Assembly (NCBI RefSeq): GCF_001194135.2
Contig: NC_068986.1
Span: 31,317,406 to 31,354,053 of the forward strand
DNA length: 36,648 nucleotides
Direction: 5' to 3'
DNA from: Octopus bimaculoides
Lineage: Eukaryota
Shown here: piece by piece, positions 22,531-34,200 of the stretch
Numbering within the stretch: position 1 is the first letter of the stretch
Layout: the number at the start of each line of letters is the position of its first letter
Notes under the pieces: generated by a model
What the model saw: the letters and a program-made list of their open reading frames with translations, nothing else
Databases searched by the model: none
What the model was told of the DNA's origin: nothing
Made by a program: the position numbers and the translations under genes

Positions 22531-23123
22531 GGTCATTAATTAAATCAAAAGTGATTAACTGGCAGAGGCCTTAATGTCAGATAAAATATATTACAATATT
22601 TGTTCCAGCTGCCAAGGTCAAATTTGACTTTCAACCTTTCAGTGTAGATAAAGACACTATAAACCAACCACTGGTGCAGTGCCCTCTGTCTCTATCTCTG
22701 TCTGCCTGTCTGTCTCTGCCTCACACTCTCTCCCTCTCCCTCCCCCTCTCTCCAGCTGTCACATCTTAAATACAGACATACACACATGTATATGTATATN
22801 NNNNNNNNNNNNNNNNNNNNNNNNNNNNNNNNNNNNNNNNNNNNNNNNNNNNNNNNNNNNNNNNNNNNNNNNNNNNNNNNNNNNNNNNNNNNNNNNNNNN
22901 NNNNNNNNNNNNNNNNNNNNNNNNNNNNNNNNNNNNNNNNNNNNNNNNNNNNNNNNNNNNNNNNNNNNNNNNNNNNNNNNNNNNNNNNNNNNNNNNNNNN
23001 NNNNNNNNNNNNNNNNNNNNNNNNNNNNNNNNNNNNNNNNNNNNNNNNNNNNNNNNNNNNNNNNNNNNNNNNNNNNNNNNNNNNNNNNNNNNNNNNNNNN
23101 NNNNNNNNNNNNNNNNNNNNNNN

Positions 23124-23168
<45 letters not shown>

Positions 23169-23386
23169 TTCCAGCTGTCACATCTTCAATGTTTTGTTAA
23201 GTCAAGGCTGGAAGGGCACCTAAAATAATTAACCAAAGCATGGTGCTTGCTACCAATTTATCCTTGATTCCAACTAAATCAACAAAAAGTGACTGGCCTG
23301 AAATTAACATACACCAGGTCATTAAATCTGACAAAGTACAGGCTTAAATCAGCAAAATCATAAATTTAATTACAAGATTGCATGCT

Positions 23387-23577
23387 AGGTGCAGATGTGG
23401 CTGTGGTAAGAAGTTTGCTTCCCAACCACTTGGTTCCCGGTTCAGTCCACTATGTGGTACCTTGGGCAAGTGTCTTCCACTACAGCTCTGGGCTGACCAA
23501 AGCCGTGTGAAAGGATTTGGTAGACCGTAAATGGATTTGGTAGACTGTGAATGGATTTAGAAACTGAAAGCAGTCCA

Positions 23578-23630
<53 letters not shown>

Positions 23631-23831
23631 TGTGTTTGTTTGTGTCAGTGTTTGCCCCACCACAACCTCTTGACAACTGGTGTTAGTGTGTTTACATCCC
23701 TGTAACTTAGCAGTTTAGCAAAAGAAACTGATAGAACAAGTATCAGGCTTAAAAAAAAAATAAGTACTGAAAATTCTTCAAGGCAGTGCTCCAGCATGGT
23801 AGGAGTCTAATGACTGAAACAAATAAAAGAT
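23387..23831 (+). mobile_element. Composite SINE: head B + (TG)n + module C
   Basis: B 23387-23580, (TG)n 23581-23630, C 23630-23831 ending GACTGAAACAAATAAAAGA. Confidence 0.88.
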
Positions 23832-23886
23832 AGGTTCCCCACCACTCATCCTTCAGAAACCCCTCAATGATTGAGTCACCAACTGA

Positions 23887-24005
23887 TTACAATATCTCAG
23901 GAACATTTTTATTCAGTTCTGCGAGTTTCTGTGCCACAGCAGACAATTCTACTTCACGCTGTAGCTGCCAAAGAGCAGTACTATTTAGATATCCGTTATA
24001 ATATC
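23887..24005 (-). CDS. Candidate coding exon YYNGYLNSTALWQLQREVELSAVAQKLAELNKNVPEIL*
   Basis: 38-codon helical-looking ORF in locally GC/CpG-richer unique sequence, bounded upstream by in-frame stops. Acceptors are weak (GAG at 24006-8 or TAG near 23981). No family recognised. Confidence 0.3.
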
Positions 24006-24008
24006 CTC

Positions 24009-24150
24009 ATTAAAATCCAGTATCATACAACTTGTATTTAAAACCAACATAACATCTGCCTTATTTAAATTCGCGATCATATAATCTTCATTTAAAACCA
24101 ACATTACCATTTTCATTCAAATCCAGCATTATACAGCTTTCATTTAAATG
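24009..24150. repeat. ~27-bp minisatellite with alternating A/B monomers
   Basis: ATTAAAATCCAGTATCATACAACTTGT / ATTTAAAACCAACATAACATCTGCCTT / ATTTAAATTCGCGATCATATAATCTTC / ATTTAAAACCAACATTACCATTTTC / ATTCAAATCCAGCATTATACAGCTTTC. Confidence 0.75.
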
Positions 24151-24318
24151 CACTCAAGACACCAGGCTTTTCTCATCCTGTCACCTCGTGTCCCCTACAC
24201 TAAACCCTTTTCACTCCTTTGTGTTCAGAAAGTGATTTATCTTGAATTCCCATCTAATTCAAATTTTCCATTCAAACTCACACAACACAAAGTGTTACAA
24301 TAATTTCTATGAGTTACC

Positions 24319-24716
24319 AGGTGGGGCTGCGTGGTAAGAAGTTTGCTTCTCAGCCATATGGTTTCAGGTTCAGTCCTGCTGGGTGACACCTTGGGCAAGT
24401 GTCTTTTGCTATAGCCTTGTGAGTAGATTTGGTAGACAGAGACTGAAAAAGGTTTATCAAGTGTGTGCGTGTGTGTGTGTGTATTTTCATGTGTGAGTGT
24501 AAGTGTATTTGTGTCTCCTTGTCTTTAAATTGTGTCATAGTTGTAAATATTGTCATACAAACAGTATTATACATTTCCAATCTTCAACAAGAATATATCT
24601 GGCCATAGAAAATCTGCTTTATAAATTCCATCTGACCCACGCAAGCATAAAAAAGTGGATGTTAAAATGAGGAAGATGATGATGATGATAGTTATGAGGA
24701 TGATGATGATGATGAT
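24319..24716 (+). mobile_element. Composite SINE: head B + (TG)n + module F with (GAT)n tail
   Basis: B 24319-24460, TG tract to ~24500, body, then GGCCATAGAAAATCTGC...GACCCACGCAAGCATAAAAAAGTGGATGTTAAAATGAGGAAGATGATG. Confidence 0.75.
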
Positions 24717-25104
24717 TTCCATCCCCACAAAACCAAAAAAGGTTGTACAGATAAAATATTCAGGTACAAATAGAACGGTATCTCACATAATATAATGAGT
24801 TGAAAAGCTTCAATAAAATCATATAAACCAAACAATTAATAGACAAAGGCTACCAGAAAAGATGTGTAAAAATCAAGACAAGCAAGAAAGACAACTGTTA
24901 GATGAGTTGAAAGACGTTTTTGTACATTGCAGACAATACAAGATAGGAATGGATCTGGTCTTGGTAGCCAACTGGTCAAAGCAATAGACAAGTTTCAATC
25001 ATATTAGACCTCCTCAGTGAAATATATTATGCTACCTTTATGAGGCAACAACTAAAAATAGTTTAAAAACTGCTTTAGTTTTAATCTTTTCAATACTATA
25101 TTTG

Positions 25105-25514
25105 CAGGGCCAGATTAAGACCCATACAGGCCCTAAGCACTTAAAACATTTTAGTTTCCCCATAAATATGTAATTCAAAATATGAACCATGTTAAACCAT
25201 AAGATGAATTTCTATTTCTTCAATATGAAACAAAACTAACAGTAAGTTGGAAAATAATGTTTATTTTTGTATCCTTCCACTTTATTTATATTTGAAAAGT
25301 TTTCTTCTACTCTTTTTTATTTGCAAAGTTTTTGATCAGATCCTTAAAATTAATCTTACATAACACATCTGCTTCAAAACTTAGTAGAGATAGGGCATCC
25401 TGAATATTGTTTTAGCAAGTTTAAAGTCATTGCTTTTTACCATTTCTGTAGTACTTCTGTTTCCTTCATGCCATAAGCATGTGCTTATTTTGGTTAATGG
25501 TTAATCCAGCGGTG
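25105..25514 (-). mobile_element. Internally deleted hAT transposon
   Basis: TIRs CAGGGCCAGATTAA / TTAATCCAGCGGTG; perfect 8-bp TSD TATATTTG (25097-25104, 25515-25522). Minus-strand DALSLLSFEADVLCKINFKDLIKNFANKK(SRRKLF) at ~25283-25402 matches the hAT C-terminal dimerization region. Confidence 0.9.
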
Positions 25515-25868
25515 TATATTTGTAATGAAACACTAAGATTTTAAATTGATTATAAAAATAATTTAGTCTTGTTTTTGAATATAACATGACATAAGTTTCT
25601 TACATAAAATTTTGATAGTAGATTATTCTTTTTAAATATGAACACTTTAAAATGGGTGGATTTGTAAAATAGAACAAGAAGCAATTTCAGGCTTTAGCAC
25701 AATGCTCTACATAACATTAATCTCTCAAAGTTGGAGTAAGAATGGTGTCTATTTTCATCAAGTTGACTGAAGACTAAAGTATTTTTTGTATGTTGTTTAC
25801 ATCGTAATATTGTGACTTCAATCTTTTATAAATATGTGCAGCTATTTTATTTTATTTTTATCTGCATG

Positions 25869-26050
25869 AGCCAATGAGGGAGACTTTACAAGGTTGCCTG
25901 GCCAATGCGGTAACCTCTATATAGTCACCAAGCCAATGATGGAGCCTTATTGTAATTGCCAATCCAACAAGGAAGCCTCAACATGGTCATTTGAGCTGCT
26001 AGAAATTGCAGTTAAATCTTCTTCAACTCGCACCCTACAGCTGTGGTTCT
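25869..26050 (+). repeat. Family H repeat with a tandemly amplified CCAAT-containing unit
   Basis: CCAAT at 25871, 25902, 25933 and 25959, then the H motif CTGCTAGAAATTGCAGTTAAATC. Confidence 0.6.
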
Positions 26051-26074
26051 TAACTAAGATCTATATGACCTCTG

Positions 26075-26380
26075 GGTAGGGTGTCCATTTCTTTGAGTTC
26101 ATGCAAGCAAGATAGTAAATTAGGAATCCATAGTAGCAGTTTAAGAGTCCATGAAAAATTTTGATTTAAATGTATTTGTTGCAGGAAACAGTTAGGTTTC
26201 TTTCTCTAATGTTTTGCATAGTTCAATCTACACAAACTAATGTGTGAATAACAAAATAGGAATTTTGAAAGAAGTGTTTATAAAACTAGTTTTTAAACAT
26301 CAAATGGTTATGGGGGTCCACCAGAATAAAATGGAAAAAAAAAAAGGGGGGCCAAAAGGTAAAGGCACATTGAATAACGT
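26075..26380. mobile_element. Possible hAT-type MITE remnant
   Basis: Recurrent GG(G)GTCCA subterminal motifs; TIRs and TSD not resolved. Confidence 0.35.
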
Positions 26381-26827
26381 AGTCCTATACTCCCCTAAAA
26401 ATTGGGATGGCCACAGCTGGAATACTTTTAATTTTAGCTTACTCATTCAGGATTGACCTGGGGTTAAACAACAACAACAACAACAACAACTTTAATTTGC
26501 ATCTACACAATAACATGCATTTTTTTTCCTTCTTTCAATTCATGCAAGGTCAGCTAAAATATACAAGAATAAAATGTAAAATTTAATCTTGTGAAATTGA
26601 TATTTTTTAAAATCCGCCTCAATTTCAAGGATGAAAGCTAATTTAAGCTGTGAATGAGAAACCATATATCCTCAAAAGAAATTGGATTGATCAAACATTG
26701 CTTGAAGTGTTAAAATTTCACAGAAGTAACCTTATGAAACGACATTTTTTTTTTTTTTTTCTTTTTAATATCTGCATATCTGCAGATTGTAGGAAATGCT
26801 GTGTTGCGTGTTACTGCGAATATGTCT

Positions 26828-27070
26828 TACATACATAATACATACATACATACATACATACATACATACATGCATACATACATACACACACACGCATACA
26901 TACATACATACATACATACATACATACATACATACATACACACATACACACACACATACACACACACACACATACATACATACACATATGGTTGTGTATG
27001 TGTGTGCGCGCATGTATGTATGCATGTATGTATGTATATATGTATGTATGTATATGTATATGTATATATA
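26828..27070. repeat. (ATAC)n followed by (GTAT)n microsatellites
   Basis: Direct reading. Confidence 0.95.
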
Positions 27071-27139
27071 TGGTTGGGTTGTTTTGGTTTTTTTTTTTTG
27101 TTTCATCTGTTTTTCTGTTTACAACTTCACATCATTTAC

Positions 27140-27242
27140 TTATTTATTTTCCAGTTTCTATGGGTGGGATGGCTTTTTATTGGAGCAATTGCTTTTACAG
27201 ATGGATAAACCCTTCCTATTGTTAAAACACTCAACTGTGAAC
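27140..27242 (-). CDS. Candidate exon GSQLSVLTIGRVYPSVKAIAPIKSHPTHRNWKIN
   Basis: Acceptor TATCTATTTATTCCAG|G, donor TAA|GTAAAT, open in phase 1 for 103 bp. No homology recognised. Confidence 0.2.
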
Positions 27243-27454
27243 CTGGAATAAATAGATATTTCATTGGTTTCGACCATGAGCCTTTCAGTTGTTCCATCAA
27301 CTTGATTGCTTGTTCATTGATTGATTATATGAATGGCTGGATATTCCACTGACATTTGTGCACCTCATGTATTAATCTACAAGCAGAATCAATGTAATTC
27401 AGTGCATGACAAGGTTGGCTTTTTGAATTACAGGTCAGTCTATCCAATAAGCCC

Positions 27455-27570
27455 TCCACATAAGTTTCTGTCTCCCCTAGGTTTGGGTCATCCCAAAGTT
27501 CTGGCAAAAGACACAATGTAGGATCAAACCCAGAACCTTGTGAATGCAGAAAGAACTTCTGAATCACTTA
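27455..27570 (-). mobile_element. Degenerate SINE head B
   Basis: AGTTTCTGTCT..., AAAGACAC and GGATCAAACCCAGAACC match the reverse complement of B. Confidence 0.55.
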
Positions 27571-28524
27571 ACTTTGTCTGTTGCAATGAAGTATGAATAG
27601 AAACATTTGAATAAACTGATACAAATAAGAGTTGTTCATAACCAAGGACTCAACTCAACAGGAATATAGTTTGAATCATAAATATTGTACTGAGCCTCTG
27701 GAAAAAATATTTCTAAAGTGGTAGGTTATGAATCAAATAGCGAGTATTCTTGTTTTTGCTAAGCCCCAGATCAGCCCCATTGAGCAAACATATGAAAAGA
27801 ATTCAAAAAAAGACCACAATGTCTTTTGTAATGTTTTCAGGGCTACAGCATTCCAGTGTATCCCTCTTTTCTAAGATATAGTGAAAGTTGCTTGTTATAA
27901 TTGAGGCATTTAGTCTTATCACATAGTCATGTTTTTGCCTTTATACACACACACACACGCGCGCGTGAGCATATATATATATATATATATATGGATGGAT
28001 GGATGGGTTGACAAACAGATGGACAAACGGATGAATGGACAAACAGTCAGATAGACAGATAGACAGACAGACAGCTAGATATACATCTACATACATACAT
28101 AAATCAAATATGTACACAAAACAATGTAAATGTCTCCAAGATGCACTTAGAAGCCAATAATTTATTCTACCTTTAAAACAATTTGTAAATGAAGGATCAG
28201 CCTCTGAATAAAACCCCATCTGGTGTGTCCATGGGTTCAGTAATTTCTCTCACGCTCTTTATTCTGTACCTTAATATCCTGCTTATTGTCTTTTCCAACA
28301 ACAGATGCTCTTATACAGATAATATCAAATAGACTTCAATTCCCTTTAATCTTCCAAATACAACCCTCATTCACACCCAATCTAAACCCCACTTTTCAGA
28401 CAGATTCTGAATATATGAATAGTGATCTTGTGAGCATCTTGCAATAAGGACCAATTACTTTACATATCAAAGAAACAGAATTGTATCTCACACTCCCTAA
28501 TTTTGAATAACTTTTACTAACTAC

Positions 28525-28800
28525 TGAAGCCCTTTATCCCTTATGGAGCATAGGTCATTGATGATTTTTCTCTGTTCTTGACTCTGGGCTGTCTTTCCCA
28601 GCAGGAAAGCCCTTCTCTCCCAGATCTTATTGGTATTGTGTTGGCATTGAGGCTTCTGTAACATTGTTTTTTTTTCTAGATAAGGGTGATGTCCCTATGT
28701 AAATCCATTATTATCTCTGGGAAGAGGTGGTCCATATTAGAATGACCTCTGTTCTTTGACTTGTCCAGCATGGGAAACCCTAACAGGAGCTTGCATGACA
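28525..28800. mobile_element. Probable RTE-like LINE terminal fragments
   Basis: GCCCTTTATCCCTTATGGAGCATAGGTCA and TTTGACTTGTCCAGCATGGGAAACCCTAACAGGAGC resemble RTE 3' (reverse complement) and 5'-UTR motifs from memory; no ORF. Confidence 0.4.
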
Positions 28801-28959
28801 AAATACAATGGATTTGAGCTCAATATTTGTAGACTTGTAGTAAAGCTGTACCACATTTTACTTGGCCAGTTCACTTTTCTGTTATATTAAACAAAAAGTC
28901 AATATCAGGACAATTTATTCCATTATTCATGATGATTGCCATCATCTGAAAGTGAGATG

Positions 28960-29345
28960 ATGATGCTTTGGAAGGGGAGGAGGAGCAGGAAAGCTATAAC
29001 AGTAGTAGTAGTGATGATAATGTTGTAAGTGATGTGATGAAAGCGGTTATTTTAGTGGTAACGGGTTAAGTGGTTGTAGTATTAGTTGTGATACTGGTGG
29101 TGGTGTGGTGGTGGTGGTGGTGGTGGGTAATGATGATGGTAGTGATGCTGGTGATATCTAGGATTGTGGTGGTGTCAGTGGGAGTTAAGATGATGGTGGT
29201 GGTGGCGGAGGTGCAGGTGGTGGTAGTAGTAGTACTAGTGATGATAAGAATGATAATATCAAGCAAGAGGAGGAGGAGGTGGAGTGGAGATGGAGGCGGA
29301 AGAGGAGGAGGAGGAGGAAGAAGAGGAAAGAAAGCATGAAGACAA
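28960..29345. repeat. Degenerate (GGT/GAT/GGA/AGT)n array
   Basis: Direct reading. Confidence 0.95.
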
Positions 29346-29749
29346 TGAGGACAGTGATATTTGTTTAAATGCAATGAGTGTATAAATTAGAAATTGTTTA
29401 AATGTCTTACAGAAAATTAAATAGAATGTAAAACTGACATTACATTTAAAATCAGCAGAAATGAGAATGGAATGACAGAAATACAATTTTTATTTCTCAG
29501 ATTCAAACAATAAAAGAAAGATTTTATTATTTTTTTTTTTTCATATATCATTTTTTTTTTTAATTAGAGAGGAAAATTTTTAGTGAAGATTTAATCTTTT
29601 AATTGCTACTATCTGAAATAAAAATCTATAAGACTTTTCCAAGTTCAGATCATCTGTAACCTCAACAAATTTTGTTTTAAACAAAGTAACTTTATAAACG
29701 ATTTTATATGAAATACAGTGCATAGTCAATATAACCAGATTCTCTGTAT

Positions 29750-29930
29750 TACTAATATCCTACCTTGGTGCAAGATCACATGTCTCTAGATAGAAGTGGA
29801 TAGAATTGTTTATATGTGCCTGGTACTTATTTTATTAGCCTCAAGGGTTTAAAAATCAATGTTGGCCATAGAAAAATTTGTAATCAGAATATAGAAGGAC
29901 GAAAAGATCCTCAAAAACCATATTGGCAAA
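29750..29930 (-). mobile_element. Highly degenerate SINE D
   Basis: CTGGTACTTATTTTATT...AATTTGTAATCAGAA matches the reverse complement of D. Confidence 0.55.
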
Positions 29931-30492
29931 ATGACCCTTCTCAAATATACAATAATTATTGATGTTTTTTGCTCTTGATTAGCATAAATTAAATAACCAA
30001 CACTCACAAGTTAACTTAGGGGCCTCTAAGTGCTTACTCAACCTGCTGAAAATAGTAGTCAAATCTCATTCATATCATATACTATTGTTTTAAAAAAGAA
30101 GGTGAAGCCTCAAGCTACATAAATATTGAAGGCCCCTTGTTAAAAAAATGACTGTAGATGATTTCATAAAAATTGAATTTGCACCCAACGAAGGAAATGG
30201 TATCAAGATTCAATTTATTAGTCCTTCTGGTCAGCAGTGTGGCATTAGACTGTAGAGTAAAGTTTGATTCTACGGAAGATTAAAACATTACAGAACAATA
30301 TATTTGCCATTGCTCCATATACATACATAAACACCAACACAGACACATACAGATATATATGTATATATGTGCATGTGTGTGTGAGCATGTGTGCATGTAT
30401 GTATACATGTATGTGTGTGTATACAAATACACACACCACACACATATAGACAAACACACATGCAGACACACACACACACACACACACACACA

Positions 30493-30655
30493 TGGCAGGT
30501 TTCTTTAAGTTTCTGTCTACCATATTCACTCACAAAGCTTAGTTTGACCCAGGGTTTTAGTAGAAAATACTTGCCCAGGGAGCCATGCTATGGGACTGAA
30601 CTCACAACAACGTGGTTGGGAAGGAGTTTTTTTAACCGTACACCCACGCCTGCAT
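30493..30655 (-). mobile_element. SINE head B next to a (CA)n tract
   Basis: AGTTTCTGTCTACCATATTCACTCACAAAGCT...ATACTTGCCCAGG..GCCA..GGGACTGAAC. Confidence 0.85.
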
Positions 30656-30912
30656 CATTCTGTATAAAATCCATGTATGCTCTTCTGAAGTAGATAGATT
30701 TTAGAAGGCTTTGGCTGAGAGATGAGTAATATTCAAAAGCATGGAAGTGCATAAATTGAGGCTGTTTTATTTTCATCATCATTTCCTGTTATCTTCACCT
30801 GAGTACTATCTCCATGGGCGCATGTGTTGTACACTACCAACTGTACATATATATATGTACATATATATGTGTGTATTATGTGTGTGTGTATATATATGTG
30901 TGTGTGCATATG

Positions 30913-30948
<36 letters not shown>

Positions 30949-31126
30949 CACACACATATATATATATATACAGATGTGTTTATATAAAAAATGTCTCTTT
31001 AAATTGGAGTACATATATCATTATGACATATTATCATATAGTTATTGTATTATATATATATATATATATATATGTACACACATGCGCGCGCGCACACACA
31101 NNNNNNNNNNTATATATGTACACACA

Positions 31127-31167
<41 letters not shown>

Positions 31168-31432
31168 TGCTAGTAGTGTTCTTGAAGGAGTTAAAGGATT
31201 GCGCCAGTGACAGAAACATCTGGTGCAGTAGCAGAGCAAATGAAGCCAAATGATTAGAAGAAAAGAATTTCAAATGCAATCTTTGTTAATGTAGTCTAAA
31301 AGAATGTTTATTAAAGAATTAGAGGGAATTGGTTTGAAGGAAAATATTTTATGCATATCTGTGCACATCAGCCTTTGTGAAAACATTTGTGTGTATGTGT
31401 GTTTATATGCATATATATATATATATATATAT

Positions 31433-31611
31433 AGGTGTAGGTGTAGGAATGGCTGTGTGGTAGGTAGCTTGCTTACGAACCACATGGTTCCGGGTTCAGT
31501 CCCACTGTGTGGCACCTTAGGTAAGTGTCTTCTACTATAGCCTTAGGCCGACCAAAACCTTGTGAGTGGATTTGGTAGACGGAAACTGAAAGAAGCCTGT
31601 ATGTATATATA
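31433..31611 (+). mobile_element. SINE head B, well preserved
   Basis: GGAATGGCTGTGTGGTAGG...GGTTCAGTCCCACTGTGTGGCACCTTAGGTAAGTGTCTTCTACTATAGCC...GGAAACTGAAAGAAGCC, then (TA)n and a gap. Confidence 0.92.
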
Positions 31612-32214
31612 NNNNNNNNNNNNNNNNNNNNNNNNNNNNNNNNNNNNNNNNNNNNNNNNNNNNNNNNNNNNNNNNNNNNNNNNNNNNNNNNNNNNNNNNN
31701 NNNNNNNNNNNNNNNNNNNNNNNNNNNNNNNNNNNNNNNNNNNNNNNNNNNNNNNNNNNNNNNNNNNNNNNNNNNNNNNNNNNNNNNNNNNNNNNNNNNN
31801 NNNNNNNNNNNNNNNNNNNNNNNNNNNNNNNNNNNNNNNNNNNNNNNNNNNNNNNNNNNNNNNNNNNNNNNNNNNNNNNNNNNNNNNNNNNNNNNNNNNN
31901 NNNNNNNNNNNNNNNNNNNNNNNNNNNNNNNNNNNNNNNNNNNNNNNNNNNNNNNNNNNNNNNNNNNNNNNNNNNNNNNNNNNNNNNNNNNNNNNNNNNN
32001 NNNNNNNNNNNNNNNNNNNNNNNNNNNNNNNNNNNNNNNNNNNNNNNNNNNNNNNNNNNNNNNNNNNNNNNNNNNNNNNNNNNNNNNNNNNNNNNNNNNN
32101 NNNNNNNNNNNNNNNNNNNNNNNNNNNNNNNNNNNNNNNNNNNNNNNNNNNNNNNNNNNNNNNNNNNNNNNNNNNNNNNNNNNNNNNNNNNNNNNNNNNN
32201 NNNNNNNNNNNNNN

Positions 32215-32279
32215 CCATCAGGACCACTAAATGTAATATAGGCAACCTTCAAATCAAGGAGACCAGCCTTATTAACAAG
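32215..32279 (-). CDS. Candidate coding exon 5' part LVNKAGLLDLKVAYITFSGPDG..., truncated by gap 31612-32214
   Basis: Good acceptor TAATTATTTTCTGTTGACCCCAG; in-frame TGA just upstream in the putative intron; protein-like composition. Family not recognised. Confidence 0.4.
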
Positions 32280-33119
32280 CTGGGGTCAACAGAAAATAAT
32301 TACATGAAGCACAATGGTTATTATAACATCAGTCAGTGCAAACTACTACCCTCTTTTACATATCTGAGCAATAATTTATTCCATCTCACATTTCTCCACA
32401 TGTCCAGAATATCAAAATACAAGGTAAAACTTCAACTGTTGTTCTGTCTTCATATTTGTAGTTCACTTTGTTTTTCATTTTGCCTTGTTTCAACCTTATC
32501 AAATCTTTATCTACTGTAACAGCATATAATTCTTCATTCAAGCTATTTTATTCTAATACATAGTACACACACACATACACACATGCACACACACAGACAC
32601 ACAGACACGCACACACACACACACACATACATATACTTATATATGTTTTTGTGGTGTGCATATGAATTGTTATAGATAAGATTGAAGAAAATTAAGAAAG
32701 AATTATAAAAAATAATGCCAAAAGAAATAATGGAAAAATATATAAAGAAATAAGTAAAAGAAAAGCAATAAAGATAGGTGTGGCTAAATGAAAAGAAAGC
32801 AATCAAAGGTAATATTCTAATTTTATTAATTATAATACATTTGTTTGTTTATCAAATTGCTAAAAACAGTTCAAGATAGAAGTTAGGATTGGGAAATGAT
32901 CAGTATTTTAGAAGAAAATATAATAAATAGTATGAAACAATAATAATGAAAAAAATTTTTAACGAAAAGATATAGAAAAAAGGTAAAAAAATATAAAACA
33001 TTCTTATGAAATTATTTTGTTTTTGAATATAAAAAAATAAAGTAGGACTGACAATAAAATTGAAAGTTTAATTTAATAAACAACTCCCTTTAATATAATG
33101 AAAAAATTCATCACTATTC

Positions 33120-33202
33120 TAATCATCGTCATCATCACCATCACCACCATCACCATCACCATCATCATCATTGTCATCATCATCATCATCAGCAGCAGCA
33201 GC
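33120..33202. repeat. (CAT/CAC/CAG)n microsatellite
   Basis: Direct reading. Confidence 0.95.
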
Positions 33203-34074
33203 ATTAGGATAATTACTCATTTCATTTTCTGGTGATGGTGTGGCAGTTAACAGTATAACCATTTTAACATTGTCATTTCATTAAAGTTTTATTTCTCTTT
33301 TCCTATATCTTTGATGGATACATTTCAAACACTAAAATACAATATCTGTGTATCATCCATACATGATGTAAACCCCCTGTCATGTCTTGCATGTTGTTTT
33401 CCTGTGTGTCCCACCTTTGTACTGTCTCCAGTGTCTTATTCTATCCAACCTATACTTGTTGCACAACTCTCAATGAATTATTGTTGTGATACTATCATGT
33501 CTTCCTATATATATATATATATATATNNNNNNNNNNNNNNNNNNNNNNNNNNNNNNNNNNNNNNNNNNNNNNNNNNNNNNNNNNNNNNNNNNNNNNNNNN
33601 NNNNNNNNNNNNNNNNNNNNNNNNNNNNNNNNNNNNNNNNNNNNNNNNNNNNNNNNNNNNNNNNNNNNNNNNNNNNNNNNNNNNNNNNNNNNNNNNNNNN
33701 NNNNNNNNNNNNNNNNNNNNNNNNNNNNNNNNNNNNNNNNNNNNNNNNNNNNNNNNNNNNNNNNNNNNNNNNNNNNNNNNNNNNNNNNNNNNNNNNNNNN
33801 NNNNNNNNNNNNNNNNNNNNNNNNNNNNNNNNNNNNNNNNNNNNNNNNNNNNNNNNNNNNNNNNNNNNNNNNNNNNNNNNNNNNNNNNNNNNNNNNNNNN
33901 NNNNNNNNNNNNNNNNNNNNNNNNNNNNNNNNNNNNNNNNNNNNNNNNNNNNNNNNNNNNNNNNNNNNNNNNNNCGGTGGGGGGTAGACTTTGTGCACTC
34001 ATTCACAATATGCCAGATGCTTACACTTTTATCACTGCACAATCTGCACTGATCACCTTTTCATGTGTTGTCAA

Positions 34075-34200
34075 TTCTGCATTTGAGTTCAAATTCTAGT
34101 GAGGTCGACTTCATCATTTATCCTTTTGTGGGTTGATAAAATAAGTACCAGTCAAACACTGGGGTCAATGAAATCAACTTACTCACATCCCACAAAATTT
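34075..34200 (+). mobile_element. SINE D (partial)
   Basis: GAGTTCAAATTCTAGTGAGGTCGACT...GATAAAATAAGTACCAGTCAAACACTGGGGTCAAT. Confidence 0.8.

Noticed and set aside
28862-28945. 84-bp minus-strand segment with good splice sites
   Set aside because: Stops in all three frames and no other support.
29560-29611. IVAIKKIK kinase subdomain II-like peptide after a minus-strand acceptor
   Set aside because: Stop after 16 codons, no donor, A-rich low-complexity context.
30799-30840. 42-bp phase-0 candidate exon LVVYNTCAHGDSTQ (and 31165-31220)
   Set aside because: The first has an acceptor in (TA)n with no pyrimidine tract; the second has a weak donor inside (TG)n, and their phases are incompatible.
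32217-32519. ~100-codon plus-strand ORF starting at the gap edge
   Set aside because: Antisense to the better minus-strand candidate, AT-biased composition and no recognisable motif.
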